Sequence record: NC_048048.2 | Direction: 5' to 3' (one strand) | DNA length: 64,000 bases | Part shown: positions 53,760 through 62,049 of the stretch, one piece after another | How the letters are laid out: each line of letters starts with the position of its first letter | How positions within the stretch are numbered: the stretch's first letter is position 1 | The notes under the pieces: generated by a model | What the model was told of the DNA's origin: nothing | Seen by the model: the letters and a program-made list of their open reading frames with translations, nothing else | Databases searched by the model: none | Translations under genes and position numbers: made by a program

Positions 53760-53875
53760 GCCCCGAGACGAGCACTAGGGCTGTCACGAATCCCCTCATC
53801 TATGACAGCTTAAGAGCCCGTTTAGTCTTCCCTGTACTCTGTTGCGCCAGTATCGGCGCGGAAAGTGATGCGCCT

Positions 53876-53938
53876 ATGAAGCTCCTCGAAGGTGGCGGAC
53901 TGCTGGCCCTGTGCTTCCTTTTCTGGCTCCTCCACTGA
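53876..53938 (+). CDS. 20-aa hydrophobic peptide
   Basis: MKLLEGGGLLALCFLFWLLH*; near-identical protein at 57615. Confidence 0.65.
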   Translation: MKLLEGGGLLALCFLFWLLH

Positions 53939-54002
53939 CAAGGCTGTTGACAGCATCAAGGCCCTATGCGAGAAAGGCTCATCGCCACCGGAGACACCCG
54001 CG

Positions 54003-54269
54003 ATGACCGATTACGACGATTGGGGCCAAGAGGCCTATATGGACCACCTCCATGATCAGGCCGTTGACGAGGCTTTCGAGCGCCACGCCGACGACGCCTA
54101 TGAGGACGACCTGGGCGCCGAAGACCCGGACCTCGAATTCCCCGATGAGGCGGACGACGAGGAAGACCTTCGCCGGGCCGAAGGGCTCATGCCCTGGGCG
54201 ACCCCCGAGGGCGTCGAGCCTGGGCAGTTCCCCCGCCGGGCCTATGACGACGACGAAATCCCGTTCTGA
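54003..54269 (+). CDS. acidic protein ending in an SSB-like C-terminal tip
   Basis: very D/E-rich 88 aa ending RRAYDDDEIPF*. Confidence 0.8.
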   Translation: MTDYDDWGQEAYMDHLHDQAVDEAFERHADDAYEDDLGAEDPDLEFPDEADDEEDLRRAEGLMPWATPEGVEPGQFPRRAYDDDEIPF

Positions 54270-54282
54270 CCTCCTCCCTTCG

Positions 54283-54310
54283 AAAGGCCCCGCGCGGGCC
54301 TTTCTTTTTG
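54283..54310 (+). terminator. intrinsic terminator
   Basis: GAAAGGCCC-loop-GGGCCTTTCTTTTT. Confidence 0.8.
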
Positions 54311-54479
54311 CCCCGCGCCTGGGGTTAACCTTAACGCCGCCTTAAGGTTAACCCGGCCGGATCGTTTTTCGTCTTTTGTGTCGGGCCGTCTTTCGTTTTC
54401 CGTGTCGAGGTGCAAGAAAGCTGTTGACAGCATAAAAGCCCTATGCGAGAAAGGCTCATCGCAACCAAGGAGCCCGACC

Positions 54480-54671
54480 ATGGGACTCAAGATCGAAATC
54501 GACACCGGCAACGAGGCCTTCCAAGGCGTGGCCGGCGAGCATTGCGCCACCCTCCTGCATGAGGTCGCCCGCAAGCTCGATCAAGGCGCCCGCGCCGGCA
54601 ATATCTACGACGGCAACGGCAACAAGGTCGGGACCTACGAACTCGACCACACCGACGCCCCGGAGTCGTGA
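54480..54671 (+). CDS. 63-aa cassette gene
   Basis: AAGGAG SD; IYDGNGNKVG. Confidence 0.75.
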   Translation: MGLKIEIDTGNEAFQGVAGEHCATLLHEVARKLDQGARAGNIYDGNGNKVGTYELDHTDAPES

Positions 54672-54674
54672 GCC

Positions 54675-55001
54675 GTGGCCAGCTACGTCATCCAGATCAG
54701 CGTGAACGTGGAGGTCGATGACCTCCCCGTTCTGTTGGCCGCCGCCATGGCCAAGGCCACGGGCGACGACGGCCTGACCGAAGATCAAGCCCGCGATATC
54801 CTGACCAACTCCGACCCTCTGGGCCGGCCGGATGTCAAGGCCTGTCTGACCATGCTGTTTGATCCGGGCGTCAGCCCGGACGGCACGTCGATCAATGACA
54901 GCATCGTCACCCGCGAGGACTACGACCAAGACGAGGCCATGGACGCCTATGAGGCCGCCCACGGCGAGGACGAGGAAGGGGAAGGCGATGACGAGGACTA
55001 G
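54675..55001 (+). CDS. acidic hypothetical protein
   Basis: GGAG SD; D/E-rich tail. Confidence 0.75.
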   Translation: MASYVIQISVNVEVDDLPVLLAAAMAKATGDDGLTEDQARDILTNSDPLGRPDVKACLTMLFDPGVSPDGTSINDSIVTREDYDQDEAMDAYEAAHGEDEEGEGDDED

Positions 55002-55338
55002 GAGCAAGAAGCGCGTCCCGCAACGCCTGCTTCTGGCCAATCGCGCGCCCCTGGTCGCCGGGCCTGACCCCGCCACCCGCCGCCACTGGTGGGAGCTTCT
55101 GGAGAGCGTCGGCGAGCCGCGCGACCTTGAGGCCCTGCTGGTCGTGGCGATTGACCAAGACGCGGCCGAAACCGTCGCCGGGGTCTTTCCGCTCGCCGGC
55201 GCCGACTATGAAGCCCAGAGCCGCAAGGCCGACGCCCTGGCCGCCGCCACCACCCGCCCCCGCAGCCCTGGCCAGCGCGACGCGCTCAACGCCTATGTGC
55301 TGCACGTCAATGACCCGAACGCCGAGCATCATCCATGA
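54988..55338 (+). CDS. hypothetical protein
   Basis: overlapping coupled ORF. Confidence 0.65.
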   Translation: MTRTRSKKRVPQRLLLANRAPLVAGPDPATRRHWWELLESVGEPRDLEALLVVAIDQDAAETVAGVFPLAGADYEAQSRKADALAAATTRPRSPGQRDALNAYVLHVNDPNAEHHP

Positions 55339-55586
55339 GCTATTCCGGCCCGATCACCATCGCCCAAGGCCAGCGCTTCCAACTAGACAGCTACGGCAAC
55401 GGCGCGGCCTATGCCTTCTATGACCGCACCGCCGGCGCCAGCGTCTGGCTGGACGGCGACGACGCCACCCAGTTTCGCGCCGACTTCGACAACGCCGAAG
55501 ACCGCCGCCCCCATGACGGGCCTGACCAGATCATGGCCCATCTGTGGGACGAACACGACTACGGCGCCGCCGCCACGCCGCTCTAA
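55335..55586 (+). CDS. hypothetical protein
   Basis: ATGA overlap. Confidence 0.75.
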   Translation: MSYSGPITIAQGQRFQLDSYGNGAAYAFYDRTAGASVWLDGDDATQFRADFDNAEDRRPHDGPDQIMAHLWDEHDYGAAATPL

Positions 55587-55590
55587 GTCA

Positions 55591-55620
55591 AGGCCCGCCC
55601 ATCCCCCTGGGCGGGCCTTG
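55591..55620 (+). terminator. intrinsic terminator
   Basis: AAGGCCCGCCCA-loop-TGGGCGGGCCTT. Confidence 0.7.
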
Positions 55621-55729
55621 TCCTGGGCGATCGGCGTTAACCTTAACGCGCAAGAAAACTGTTGACACGCATTGCAGCCCTATGCGAGAAAGAGCGCCTA
55701 GGCCGCTTTGGCCCCTGGAGACTTGCGTC

Positions 55730-56311
55730 ATGGAACACCGCGACTTCGTTCCCCACATCATCACCGCCCGCACCGTGGATGGAACCGTCTACTACGAGTC
55801 CAGCCACTGCACCGCCTTCCATCTGGGCTATGCCCGCGCCATGGACAAGGCCGACGCCGAGCGCCGGGCCGCCGCCTGGAAGCGCGCGGAAAAGGACGGC
55901 GCCCCGCAAGCCACCATCGACGAGGGAACCTATGGGATCACCGTCGTGGCCACCACCTGGGAGGCCCTGGACAAGGCCCGCGCCCATCGCGCCGAGCTTG
56001 AGCGCCTGGAGGCCAATTTCCTCGCCGAGGAGGCCCATGACGACCAGTTCGACGACTATGAAGAACCGGTCATGAGCCCCGAGGATATCGCTGCCGAGGA
56101 AGAGGCCGCCCGCGACTATCTGGCCACCATCCAGCCCCATAAGGCCGGCGACGTGGTGCGGATCACCGACGAGGGCCATCCCCATTTCGGGGCGCTGGCC
56201 ACCGTCGCCGAGGCCGAATGGAGCGGCTATCTCGTCCTTGACCTGGGCGCGGGCCTGACCTGGGGCTGGGCGACGGGCGTGCAATCGACGGCCGATTTCC
56301 CCCAGCCTTGA
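55730..56311 (+). CDS. cassette gene with KOW/SH3-like C-terminus
   Basis: GGAGA SD; KAGDVVRITDEGHPHFGALATV. Confidence 0.75.
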   Translation: MEHRDFVPHIITARTVDGTVYYESSHCTAFHLGYARAMDKADAERRAAAWKRAEKDGAPQATIDEGTYGITVVATTWEALDKARAHRAELERLEANFLAEEAHDDQFDDYEEPVMSPEDIAAEEEAARDYLATIQPHKAGDVVRITDEGHPHFGALATVAEAEWSGYLVLDLGAGLTWGWATGVQSTADFPQP

Positions 56312-56331
56312 AAGCTGGCCTCGCGCCAGCA

Positions 56332-56362
56332 AAAAGGCCCGTCCCCTGGCGGGGCGGGCCTT
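56332..56362. terminator. terminator between convergent genes
   Basis: AAAAAGGCCCG...CGGGCCTT hairpin. Confidence 0.65.
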
Positions 56363-56419
56363 GTCCGGTCCGATCGGGATTAACCTTAACGAGAGATTAA
56401 GGTTAACGCGCCCTTAAGG

Positions 56420-56665
56420 TTAACTGGTGGCGTTCTTGCGCGTCGTGGCCTGGGGATTGGCCTTGAGCCATGCGTCGGCTTCCGTGCGGGTCGAGAACGG
56501 CGCCCCGCCAATGCCCTGCGTGCCGTCATCCCATTGAATGGTCCAACCCACGTCCTTGATTTCCCAATCCTCCGCCACGCCATGGGGAATCGGCGTATGA
56601 AGCGCGATGCGGGTAAAGGGCGCGCGCTTGAGTTGACGGATGCGCGCCGGAATGACTTGCGGCAT
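56420..56665 (-). CDS. 81-aa hypothetical protein on the minus strand
   Basis: AAGGA SD; own minus-strand promoter TTGACA(56744)-N16-TACATT. Confidence 0.75.
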   Translation of the reverse strand: MPQVIPARIRQLKRAPFTRIALHTPIPHGVAEDWEIKDVGWTIQWDDGTQGIGGAPFSTRTEADAWLKANPQATTRKNATS

Positions 56666-56843
56666 GTGTGGAATTTCCTTGACAAAGGCCTTGCCCCATG
56701 GGCGGCCCGAAAGGCGAATGTAGCAAGCGGCGCTTTCGTGTCAAGAAATGCGACATGGGCTAGAATCCTGTTGACACGCATTGCGGTCCTATGCGAGAAA
56801 GATCGGGCAAAGGCGCATCCCGCGCCGCTGGGAGACACCCCGC

Positions 56844-57614
56844 ATGGACCTGACCACCTTTACGGCCAAGGCTGATTTCGTGCTCTGCAATGAGCCGGTG
56901 ACCATCACCGTCAAGCCCGCCGGCCGCCCGCTCTACCTGTCGTTTTCCATCGACCAGATCGGCATGATCGGCGGCGCCGAGGAGCTTTACGCCAAGGCCG
57001 AACAACACGGCGTCGAGGACCTGATAACGGTTCTCAACATTTCCAACGTCCTGTCGCTGAAGTCCATCGAGACCTATGACGACGAAGACCGCGAGGCCGT
57101 CGAAAGCCTGCGCTACGCCCTGCTCATGCTCGACGGCGAGCGCTACGCTTCGGATGTCCAGTTCGAGGACGTGGACGAGGCCGAGTTTTCCAACCGCGAC
57201 GACACCATTGACAGCCGGCAAATCGTCGAGCGGGTCGAGGTGCTTCGGAGCGCCCTGGAAACCGCCGGCTTCGACACCGCCGACCTGTCCGCCCTGGAAG
57301 ACCTCGACGCCGACGAAGCCGTCAAGGACGCCGACCAGCGCGACGCCTTCAACGCCATCCGCGAGGAATTCCTGATCCTGGCGCGCATGGTCGAGGAGGG
57401 CGGCAACTACGGCGAGGATTGGCGGTTCGGCGCGACTCTGGTCCGCGAATCCTACTTCACCGAGTTCGCGCAAGAAGAGTGCGAAAGCCTGGGCTTCATC
57501 TCCAAGGACTTCCCGTCCTGGATCGCCATCGACTGGGAAAAGACCGCCGAAACGATGCTACACGACTACACCGAAATCGACTTCGACGGCGTGAGCTACT
57601 ACGTCCGCGCCTAG
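56844..57614 (+). CDS. acidic ArdA-like antirestriction/DNA-mimic protein
   Basis: D/E-rich; C-terminal YFTEFAQE...SWIAIDWEKTAETMLHDYTEIDFDGVSYY resembles the ArdA C-terminal IDYExxARDL pattern. Confidence 0.55.
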   Translation: MDLTTFTAKADFVLCNEPVTITVKPAGRPLYLSFSIDQIGMIGGAEELYAKAEQHGVEDLITVLNISNVLSLKSIETYDDEDREAVESLRYALLMLDGERYASDVQFEDVDEAEFSNRDDTIDSRQIVERVEVLRSALETAGFDTADLSALEDLDADEAVKDADQRDAFNAIREEFLILARMVEEGGNYGEDWRFGATLVRESYFTEFAQEECESLGFISKDFPSWIAIDWEKTAETMLHDYTEIDFDGVSYYVRA

Positions 57615-57677
57615 GTGAAGCTCCTCGAAGGCGGCGGCCTGCTCGCGCTCTGCTTCCTCCTCTGGTTGCTTCACTAA
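57615..57677 (+). CDS. 20-aa hydrophobic peptide
   Basis: MKLLEGGGLLALCFLLWLLH*; GTG directly after the upstream TAG. Confidence 0.65.
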   Translation: MKLLEGGGLLALCFLLWLLH

Positions 57678-57716
57678 ACCCGGCCGGCGTCCATGACCTG
57701 GGCGCCGGCCTTTTCT
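57678..57716 (+). terminator. intrinsic terminator
   Basis: GGCCGGCG-loop-CGCCGGCCTTTT. Confidence 0.75.
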
Positions 57717-57774
57717 TACCGCGCCGATCGGGGTTAACCTTAACGCCGTCTTAAGGTTAACGGCGGGCCTGGAG

Positions 57775-57877
57775 GCGAGGGCGTCAAGGCCGCGAGCTAG
57801 GATTACACGCGATGGCTTAGCCGGCGTCCAGCCGGCGGCGCCTTCGACCACCGCGAGGCGGCCTTGACCCTCGCAAT
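57775..57877 (-). ncRNA. candidate structured ~100-nt small RNA
   Basis: 17-bp closing stem with a 2-nt bulge, 9-bp inner stem with G-U pairs only on the minus strand, GCCGGC hairpin; minus-strand TTGACA-N16-CGAGAT promoter at 57903-57876. Confidence 0.6.
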
Positions 57878-57988
57878 CTCGCCGATCCGCGACCAAGTGT
57901 CAACCGTTTTCTTTTTCCAAGAAACCTGTTGACACGCATCGAACGCCTATGCGAGAAAGACTCAACGTCAACGCCTGGAACCCTATCC

Positions 57989-58645
57989 ATGCCCCGCACC
58001 GTCACCAAACAGGTCTACACCTTCAAGGAACTGAATCCCAAGGCCAAGCAAAAGGCCATCGAGTGGTATCGTGGCCTGAACGATCAAGACTCCGGTTGGT
58101 GGGATTTCGTCTATGACGAAGCCGACCGCATCGCCGAAGCCTTCGGGATCACCCTGCGCCGCAAGGAAGCCGGCAAGCCCAATAGCGGCCCGGACATCAT
58201 GTTCACCGGCTTCTGGAGTCAAGGCGACGGCGCCTGTTTCCAAGGCCGCTACGAGTCGCCCCAAACCCCGGCCGTCGAAGCCTTCGCCGCCCTGGGGATC
58301 GAAGACGCCACGCTCAAGGCTCTGGCCGCCCGCCTCGACGCCCTGAGCGCCAAGGTGCGCTTGATCAGCACGGTCAAGCACTCCGGTCACTACTATCACG
58401 AGTATTGCACCGACTTCGAAACCGAGCGCATGGTTCCCGACGACGCCGGCGACGACTTCGATATCTACGATTTCGACCACGAGGACGAAAAGGAACTGAT
58501 CGACATTCTTCGCAGCTTCATGAAGTGGATTTATCGCCAGCTTGAGGCCGTGGACGAAGATCGCAATTCCGATGAGACGATCAGCGAAACCCTGACCGAC
58601 TCCGATTACGAATTCGAGGCGGACGGCTCGCCGACCAACGACTAG
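57989..58645 (+). CDS. acidic cassette gene of a widespread mobile-element family
   Basis: VYTFKEL...AKQKAIEW...WWDFVY...FTGFWSQGDGACF...YEFEADG. Confidence 0.8.
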   Translation: MPRTVTKQVYTFKELNPKAKQKAIEWYRGLNDQDSGWWDFVYDEADRIAEAFGITLRRKEAGKPNSGPDIMFTGFWSQGDGACFQGRYESPQTPAVEAFAALGIEDATLKALAARLDALSAKVRLISTVKHSGHYYHEYCTDFETERMVPDDAGDDFDIYDFDHEDEKELIDILRSFMKWIYRQLEAVDEDRNSDETISETLTDSDYEFEADGSPTND

Positions 58646-58700
58646 GCCAAGCCCGCCGCGCCCGGCCTCAACGCCGGGCGCGTGTCGGGTTTTGGTTTTT
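58646..58700 (+). terminator. intrinsic terminator
   Basis: GCGCCCGGC-loop-GCCGGGCGC followed by T-rich tail. Confidence 0.6.
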
Positions 58701-58819
58701 CAAGGTCCTGTTAAGGTTAACGAAAAAAGCCCTCGGACGGCCTGAGAAAAACGCAAGAAAACTGTTGACACGCATCCAAGCCCTATGCGAGAAAGGCTCA
58801 TCGCAACGGGAGACACCCC

Positions 58820-59107
58820 ATGACGACCCAAGCCAAGAAGCGCCGCAAGCGCTACCCGCCCAAGAGCGACGCGGCCAAGGCCCGCGCCGCCGCCAAGAGC
58901 AAGGCGTTCTTCGCCCGTCACGCGCTCAAGGCCACCGAGGCCACGATTGCCGCCATGAAGGCCGGCGATCAAAAGGCCGTCCAACGCCACGCCAAGGACG
59001 CCCGGCGCCTGACCCGCTGGATGAACCACAAGCGCGACATCGCCGCCGCCTTCGCGGCCGTCTTCAACATTCGGGCCGCCGCCCAAGCCCTGAGAGCCGC
59101 CGCATGA
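58820..59107 (+). CDS. basic Ala/Lys/Arg-rich cassette gene
   Basis: conserved leader. Confidence 0.8.
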   Translation: MTTQAKKRRKRYPPKSDAAKARAAAKSKAFFARHALKATEATIAAMKAGDQKAVQRHAKDARRLTRWMNHKRDIAAAFAAVFNIRAAAQALRAAA

Positions 59108-59319
59108 CCCGTCGCCCTGCCTTTCTGACCGTCCTGGGCGGGATTGGCCTCATCCTGGCCAGCTTCGTCCTTTCGGCCGCCAGCGCCCCGGAAAAGCGGG
59201 TTCTCGTGGGTCAATACTGCGACGGCGACCCCGTGCGCCTCTACGGCCTGGAAGACGGCGAGGAAGCCGCGCAAGCGTGCGCCATCGTCGAAGTCCACGC
59301 CCTGCCCAAGGGCTTCTGA
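59104..59319 (+). CDS. small secreted or membrane protein
   Basis: MTRRPAFLTVLGGIGLILASFVLSAASA; two Cys. Confidence 0.65.
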   Translation: MTRRPAFLTVLGGIGLILASFVLSAASAPEKRVLVGQYCDGDPVRLYGLEDGEEAAQACAIVEVHALPKGF

Positions 59320-59321
59320 CC

Positions 59322-59579
59322 ATGGCCGCCCCGAACGACAGCCGCGAGGAGCCGGTCAAGGTCGAAGACCTCAAGGGCGGCATGATGTGCGATCTTGAGG
59401 GCGACATGTACGCCGACAACGCCGGGCGCTTCCCGGAATTCGAGTTCGCCTATGCCGTCGTCGTCGAAGTCGACACGGCCCCGCGCTACGAGGCGCCGGG
59501 GACGGTCCTGGTCGAGTTCGACAAGATCACCGTGGCCTTTCCCAAGGGCCACACCCTGCCGACCATCAAGGAACCCTAG
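59322..59579 (+). CDS. hypothetical protein
   Basis: coupled ORF. Confidence 0.75.
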   Translation: MAAPNDSREEPVKVEDLKGGMMCDLEGDMYADNAGRFPEFEFAYAVVVEVDTAPRYEAPGTVLVEFDKITVAFPKGHTLPTIKEP

Positions 59580-59581
59580 AC

Positions 59582-60115
59582 ATGGAACGCCTCAACGTCC
59601 ACGTGCTGACCGTCACCTATGACAGCGGCAACCCCGTCCCGCCGTTCGTCGCCCTGGGCATGTCCAAGGAGGAACTTGACGACACCCTGGAGGCCCTGGC
59701 GCGCGAGGAAGTCGATAACCGCTATTTCGAGGAAGAAGACCTCTTAGACGACCTCGCCAAGTTCCTGACCGCCGAACGCGTCGCCGAGCTTGAGCCCCTG
59801 GGCCTGGACGCCATCGGCCTACTGACTCCGGTCGAAATCGTCGACATGGCCAAGCGCTTCGCCTCGATCACGCCAAGCTTTGACGTGCTCCCGCTCTACC
59901 GCGACCCGCCGCCCGTCCGCGCCTTCGATCTCGACGACCGCGAAGCCGCCGCCGTCCTGACCGGCCTGCGCATGATCCAAGCCCAAGGCGTCCCGGACGA
60001 TCTCGACGACCTCGCCACCAATGGCGGCGCCTTCGAGCCCCTGGACGGCGACGCCATCGACGGGCTCTGTGTGCGGATCAATTTCGACGTGACCGGCGAG
60101 GCGCCGGCCTCCTGA
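59582..60115 (+). CDS. acidic hypothetical protein
   Basis: AAGGA SD. Confidence 0.75.
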   Translation: MERLNVHVLTVTYDSGNPVPPFVALGMSKEELDDTLEALAREEVDNRYFEEEDLLDDLAKFLTAERVAELEPLGLDAIGLLTPVEIVDMAKRFASITPSFDVLPLYRDPPPVRAFDLDDREAAAVLTGLRMIQAQGVPDDLDDLATNGGAFEPLDGDAIDGLCVRINFDVTGEAPAS

Positions 60116-60195
60116 CGCAAGAAAGCTGTTGACAGCATAATCCGCCTATGCGAGAAAAGGCTGTCAACGGCGATCCCCGCCGCATGGAGACACCC

Positions 60196-60540
60196 ATGAA
60201 GTTCATCAAGACCGACATCCTCGACCACGGCCGCGCCTCGACCCTGCGCAACGCCCTGGGCACGGCCCTGGAGCGCTACACCGAAATCGGCAAGGAATTC
60301 GAGGGCTACCTGAACGACTATCAGGCCCTGGACGAGGCGGGCAAGGAAGCCTGGAAGGCCCGCAACCACTGGATCAACCCGCGCGCCCTGCCCGACCTCA
60401 AGACCCAGTTCGAGCGCCAAGCCGCCGACGTGCAAGACCTCATCAACTGGCTTGACGGCGACAAGTTCATGAACGAAGACGGCGATTTCCCCAAAGGGAC
60501 CGAGTTCACCATTGTCGCCGGCCTGATCCGCGACTTCTAA
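60196..60540 (+). CDS. cassette gene, hypothetical
   Basis: GGAGACACCC leader. Confidence 0.8.
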   Translation: MKFIKTDILDHGRASTLRNALGTALERYTEIGKEFEGYLNDYQALDEAGKEAWKARNHWINPRALPDLKTQFERQAADVQDLINWLDGDKFMNEDGDFPKGTEFTIVAGLIRDF

Positions 60541-60550
60541 ACGCCCTGGT

Positions 60551-60579
60551 CAAGGCCCGCCCTCACGGCGGGCCTTTTC
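60551..60579 (+). terminator. intrinsic terminator
   Basis: AAGGCCCGCC-loop-GGCGGGCCTTTT. Confidence 0.8.
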
Positions 60580-60734
60580 CTTGACCTCGCGCCGTTGTTA
60601 ACCTTAACGTGCAATCGTTCGCCTGTTAACCTTAACGGGACATGCCTGATCCGTTAACCATAGCCTGCAAAAAAGCTGTTGACTCGCATCCAAGCCCTAT
60701 GCGAGAAAGGGTCATCAGCAACGGGAACGATCCC

Positions 60735-61133
60735 ATGACCCAAGAATACACCGCCGAAGAACGCCAAGCCAAGTTGACCGAAATGGCCGATCACTGGCGC
60801 GAGCAACTGAAGGACGCCCAAGCCCGCCTGGACATGACCGTCCTCGTCGGTCAAGGATTCGTCTGCGCTCTGGAGCGCGATCTTTCCATGGCTATCCGCG
60901 CTGACGGTCCCGACCGCTATCGCCTGTGGCCAGTATCGGCGCGCATGGTTCCCATCCTCCACTTCACCAAACTTGACGCCATGCGGGTCGCCGCGCACTG
61001 GAATGGCAACCTCCCCGACGATAAGCAGGACCTGCGAGTCGTCGCCACCCATTACCGCGACGTGCTTCAAGCCTATGTCGAGACCGCAACGGCGCAAATC
61101 GCCTGGATCGAAGGCGGCTGCAAGGCCGCCTGA
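60735..61133 (+). CDS. cassette gene, hypothetical
   Basis: GGGA SD after promoter. Confidence 0.8.
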   Translation: MTQEYTAEERQAKLTEMADHWREQLKDAQARLDMTVLVGQGFVCALERDLSMAIRADGPDRYRLWPVSARMVPILHFTKLDAMRVAAHWNGNLPDDKQDLRVVATHYRDVLQAYVETATAQIAWIEGGCKAA

Positions 61134-61323
61134 CCTTGACGCCCTCCGGCTCCGGCCGGAGGGTTAATTTCTGCCCAGCCCGCGTTAAGGTTAACCCGCC
61201 GCCGGCCTGGGATTAACCTTAACCCGCAACCGTTTGCGGGTTAACCATTCGATGCAAGAAAGGTGTTGACACGCATTTAGGCCCTATGCGAGAAACGCCT
61301 ATCAGCAACCGGGAAACACCCCC

Positions 61324-61887
61324 ATGCCGCAATTCGTTCTCGACACTTCGGGCAAGGCCCGTGTTGGCGCCACCAAGAATTTTCCGAACGGCGTCACCAT
61401 CAACTGGAATGATCTCGACGCCTTCACCCAAGGCTATATCGAGGCGCTGTTTTTCACCGAAAATTCCCCGGCCTTCACGTCGGACGAATGGCACGGCGAG
61501 GAATGTCAAGCCGCGCTTGAGGCCGGCACGTCTGACGGCTCGCTCCCCGGTGACGCCGGTTTCGCCGACCTTCATGAAACCGCCCTGGCCACCATCGTCG
61601 AGGAGTGCGCCGCCTTCCAACGCGAAAACGCCGACCTGTTGGCGCAAGCCTATGGCCACAACTTCCCGGCGCGGGTGATCGGCGACGGCACCTTGCCCGA
61701 TTCCCACCGCCCGGCGTGGGACTATGACGAGGCGGCGGCGGGGCGGGATTTCTGGTACACTCGCAACGGCCATGGCGTCGGCTTTTGGGATCGCGGCCTA
61801 GGCGAGGTCGGCGACAAGCTTTCCGACGCCTGCCGTTACTCTGAGGTTTACGTGTCGTTCGAGGCTGACGGCAAGGTTCATCTCTAA
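61324..61887 (+). CDS. cassette gene, conserved phage hypothetical
   Basis: conserved leader; FTQGYIEAL...GRDFWYTRNGHGVGFWDR. Confidence 0.8.
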   Translation: MPQFVLDTSGKARVGATKNFPNGVTINWNDLDAFTQGYIEALFFTENSPAFTSDEWHGEECQAALEAGTSDGSLPGDAGFADLHETALATIVEECAAFQRENADLLAQAYGHNFPARVIGDGTLPDSHRPAWDYDEAAAGRDFWYTRNGHGVGFWDRGLGEVGDKLSDACRYSEVYVSFEADGKVHL

Positions 61888-61893
61888 CCCGGC

Positions 61894-61921
61894 AAAGGCC
61901 CGCTTGACAGCGGGCCTTTTT
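61894..61921 (+). terminator. intrinsic terminator
   Basis: AAAGGCCCGCT-TGAC-AGCGGGCCTTTTT. Confidence 0.85.
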
Positions 61922-62049
61922 CGTGCCTGCCCCACCTGGGTTAACCTTAACGCCAGCCCGCTTCGCCTTAACGCTCTTTTTGCAAGAAAACAGTTGACTC
62001 GCATCCAAGCCCCATGCGAGAAAAGGTCATCAACCACGGAGCGCCGCAC

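Noticed and set aside
57775-57877. tRNA or SRP RNA
   Set aside because: no cloverleaf, no GTTCRA T-loop in a 5-bp stem, no CCA, and no SRP helix-8 GGAA/AGCAG motif
57989-58645. antitoxin function for this family
   Set aside because: I recall similar sequences carrying that label in automated annotation, but there is no cognate toxin or mechanistic motif here
59104-59319. fifth Tat substrate (MTRRPAFL)
   Set aside because: spacing deviates from RRxFL and the mature part is tiny; could equally be a Sec signal or TM anchor
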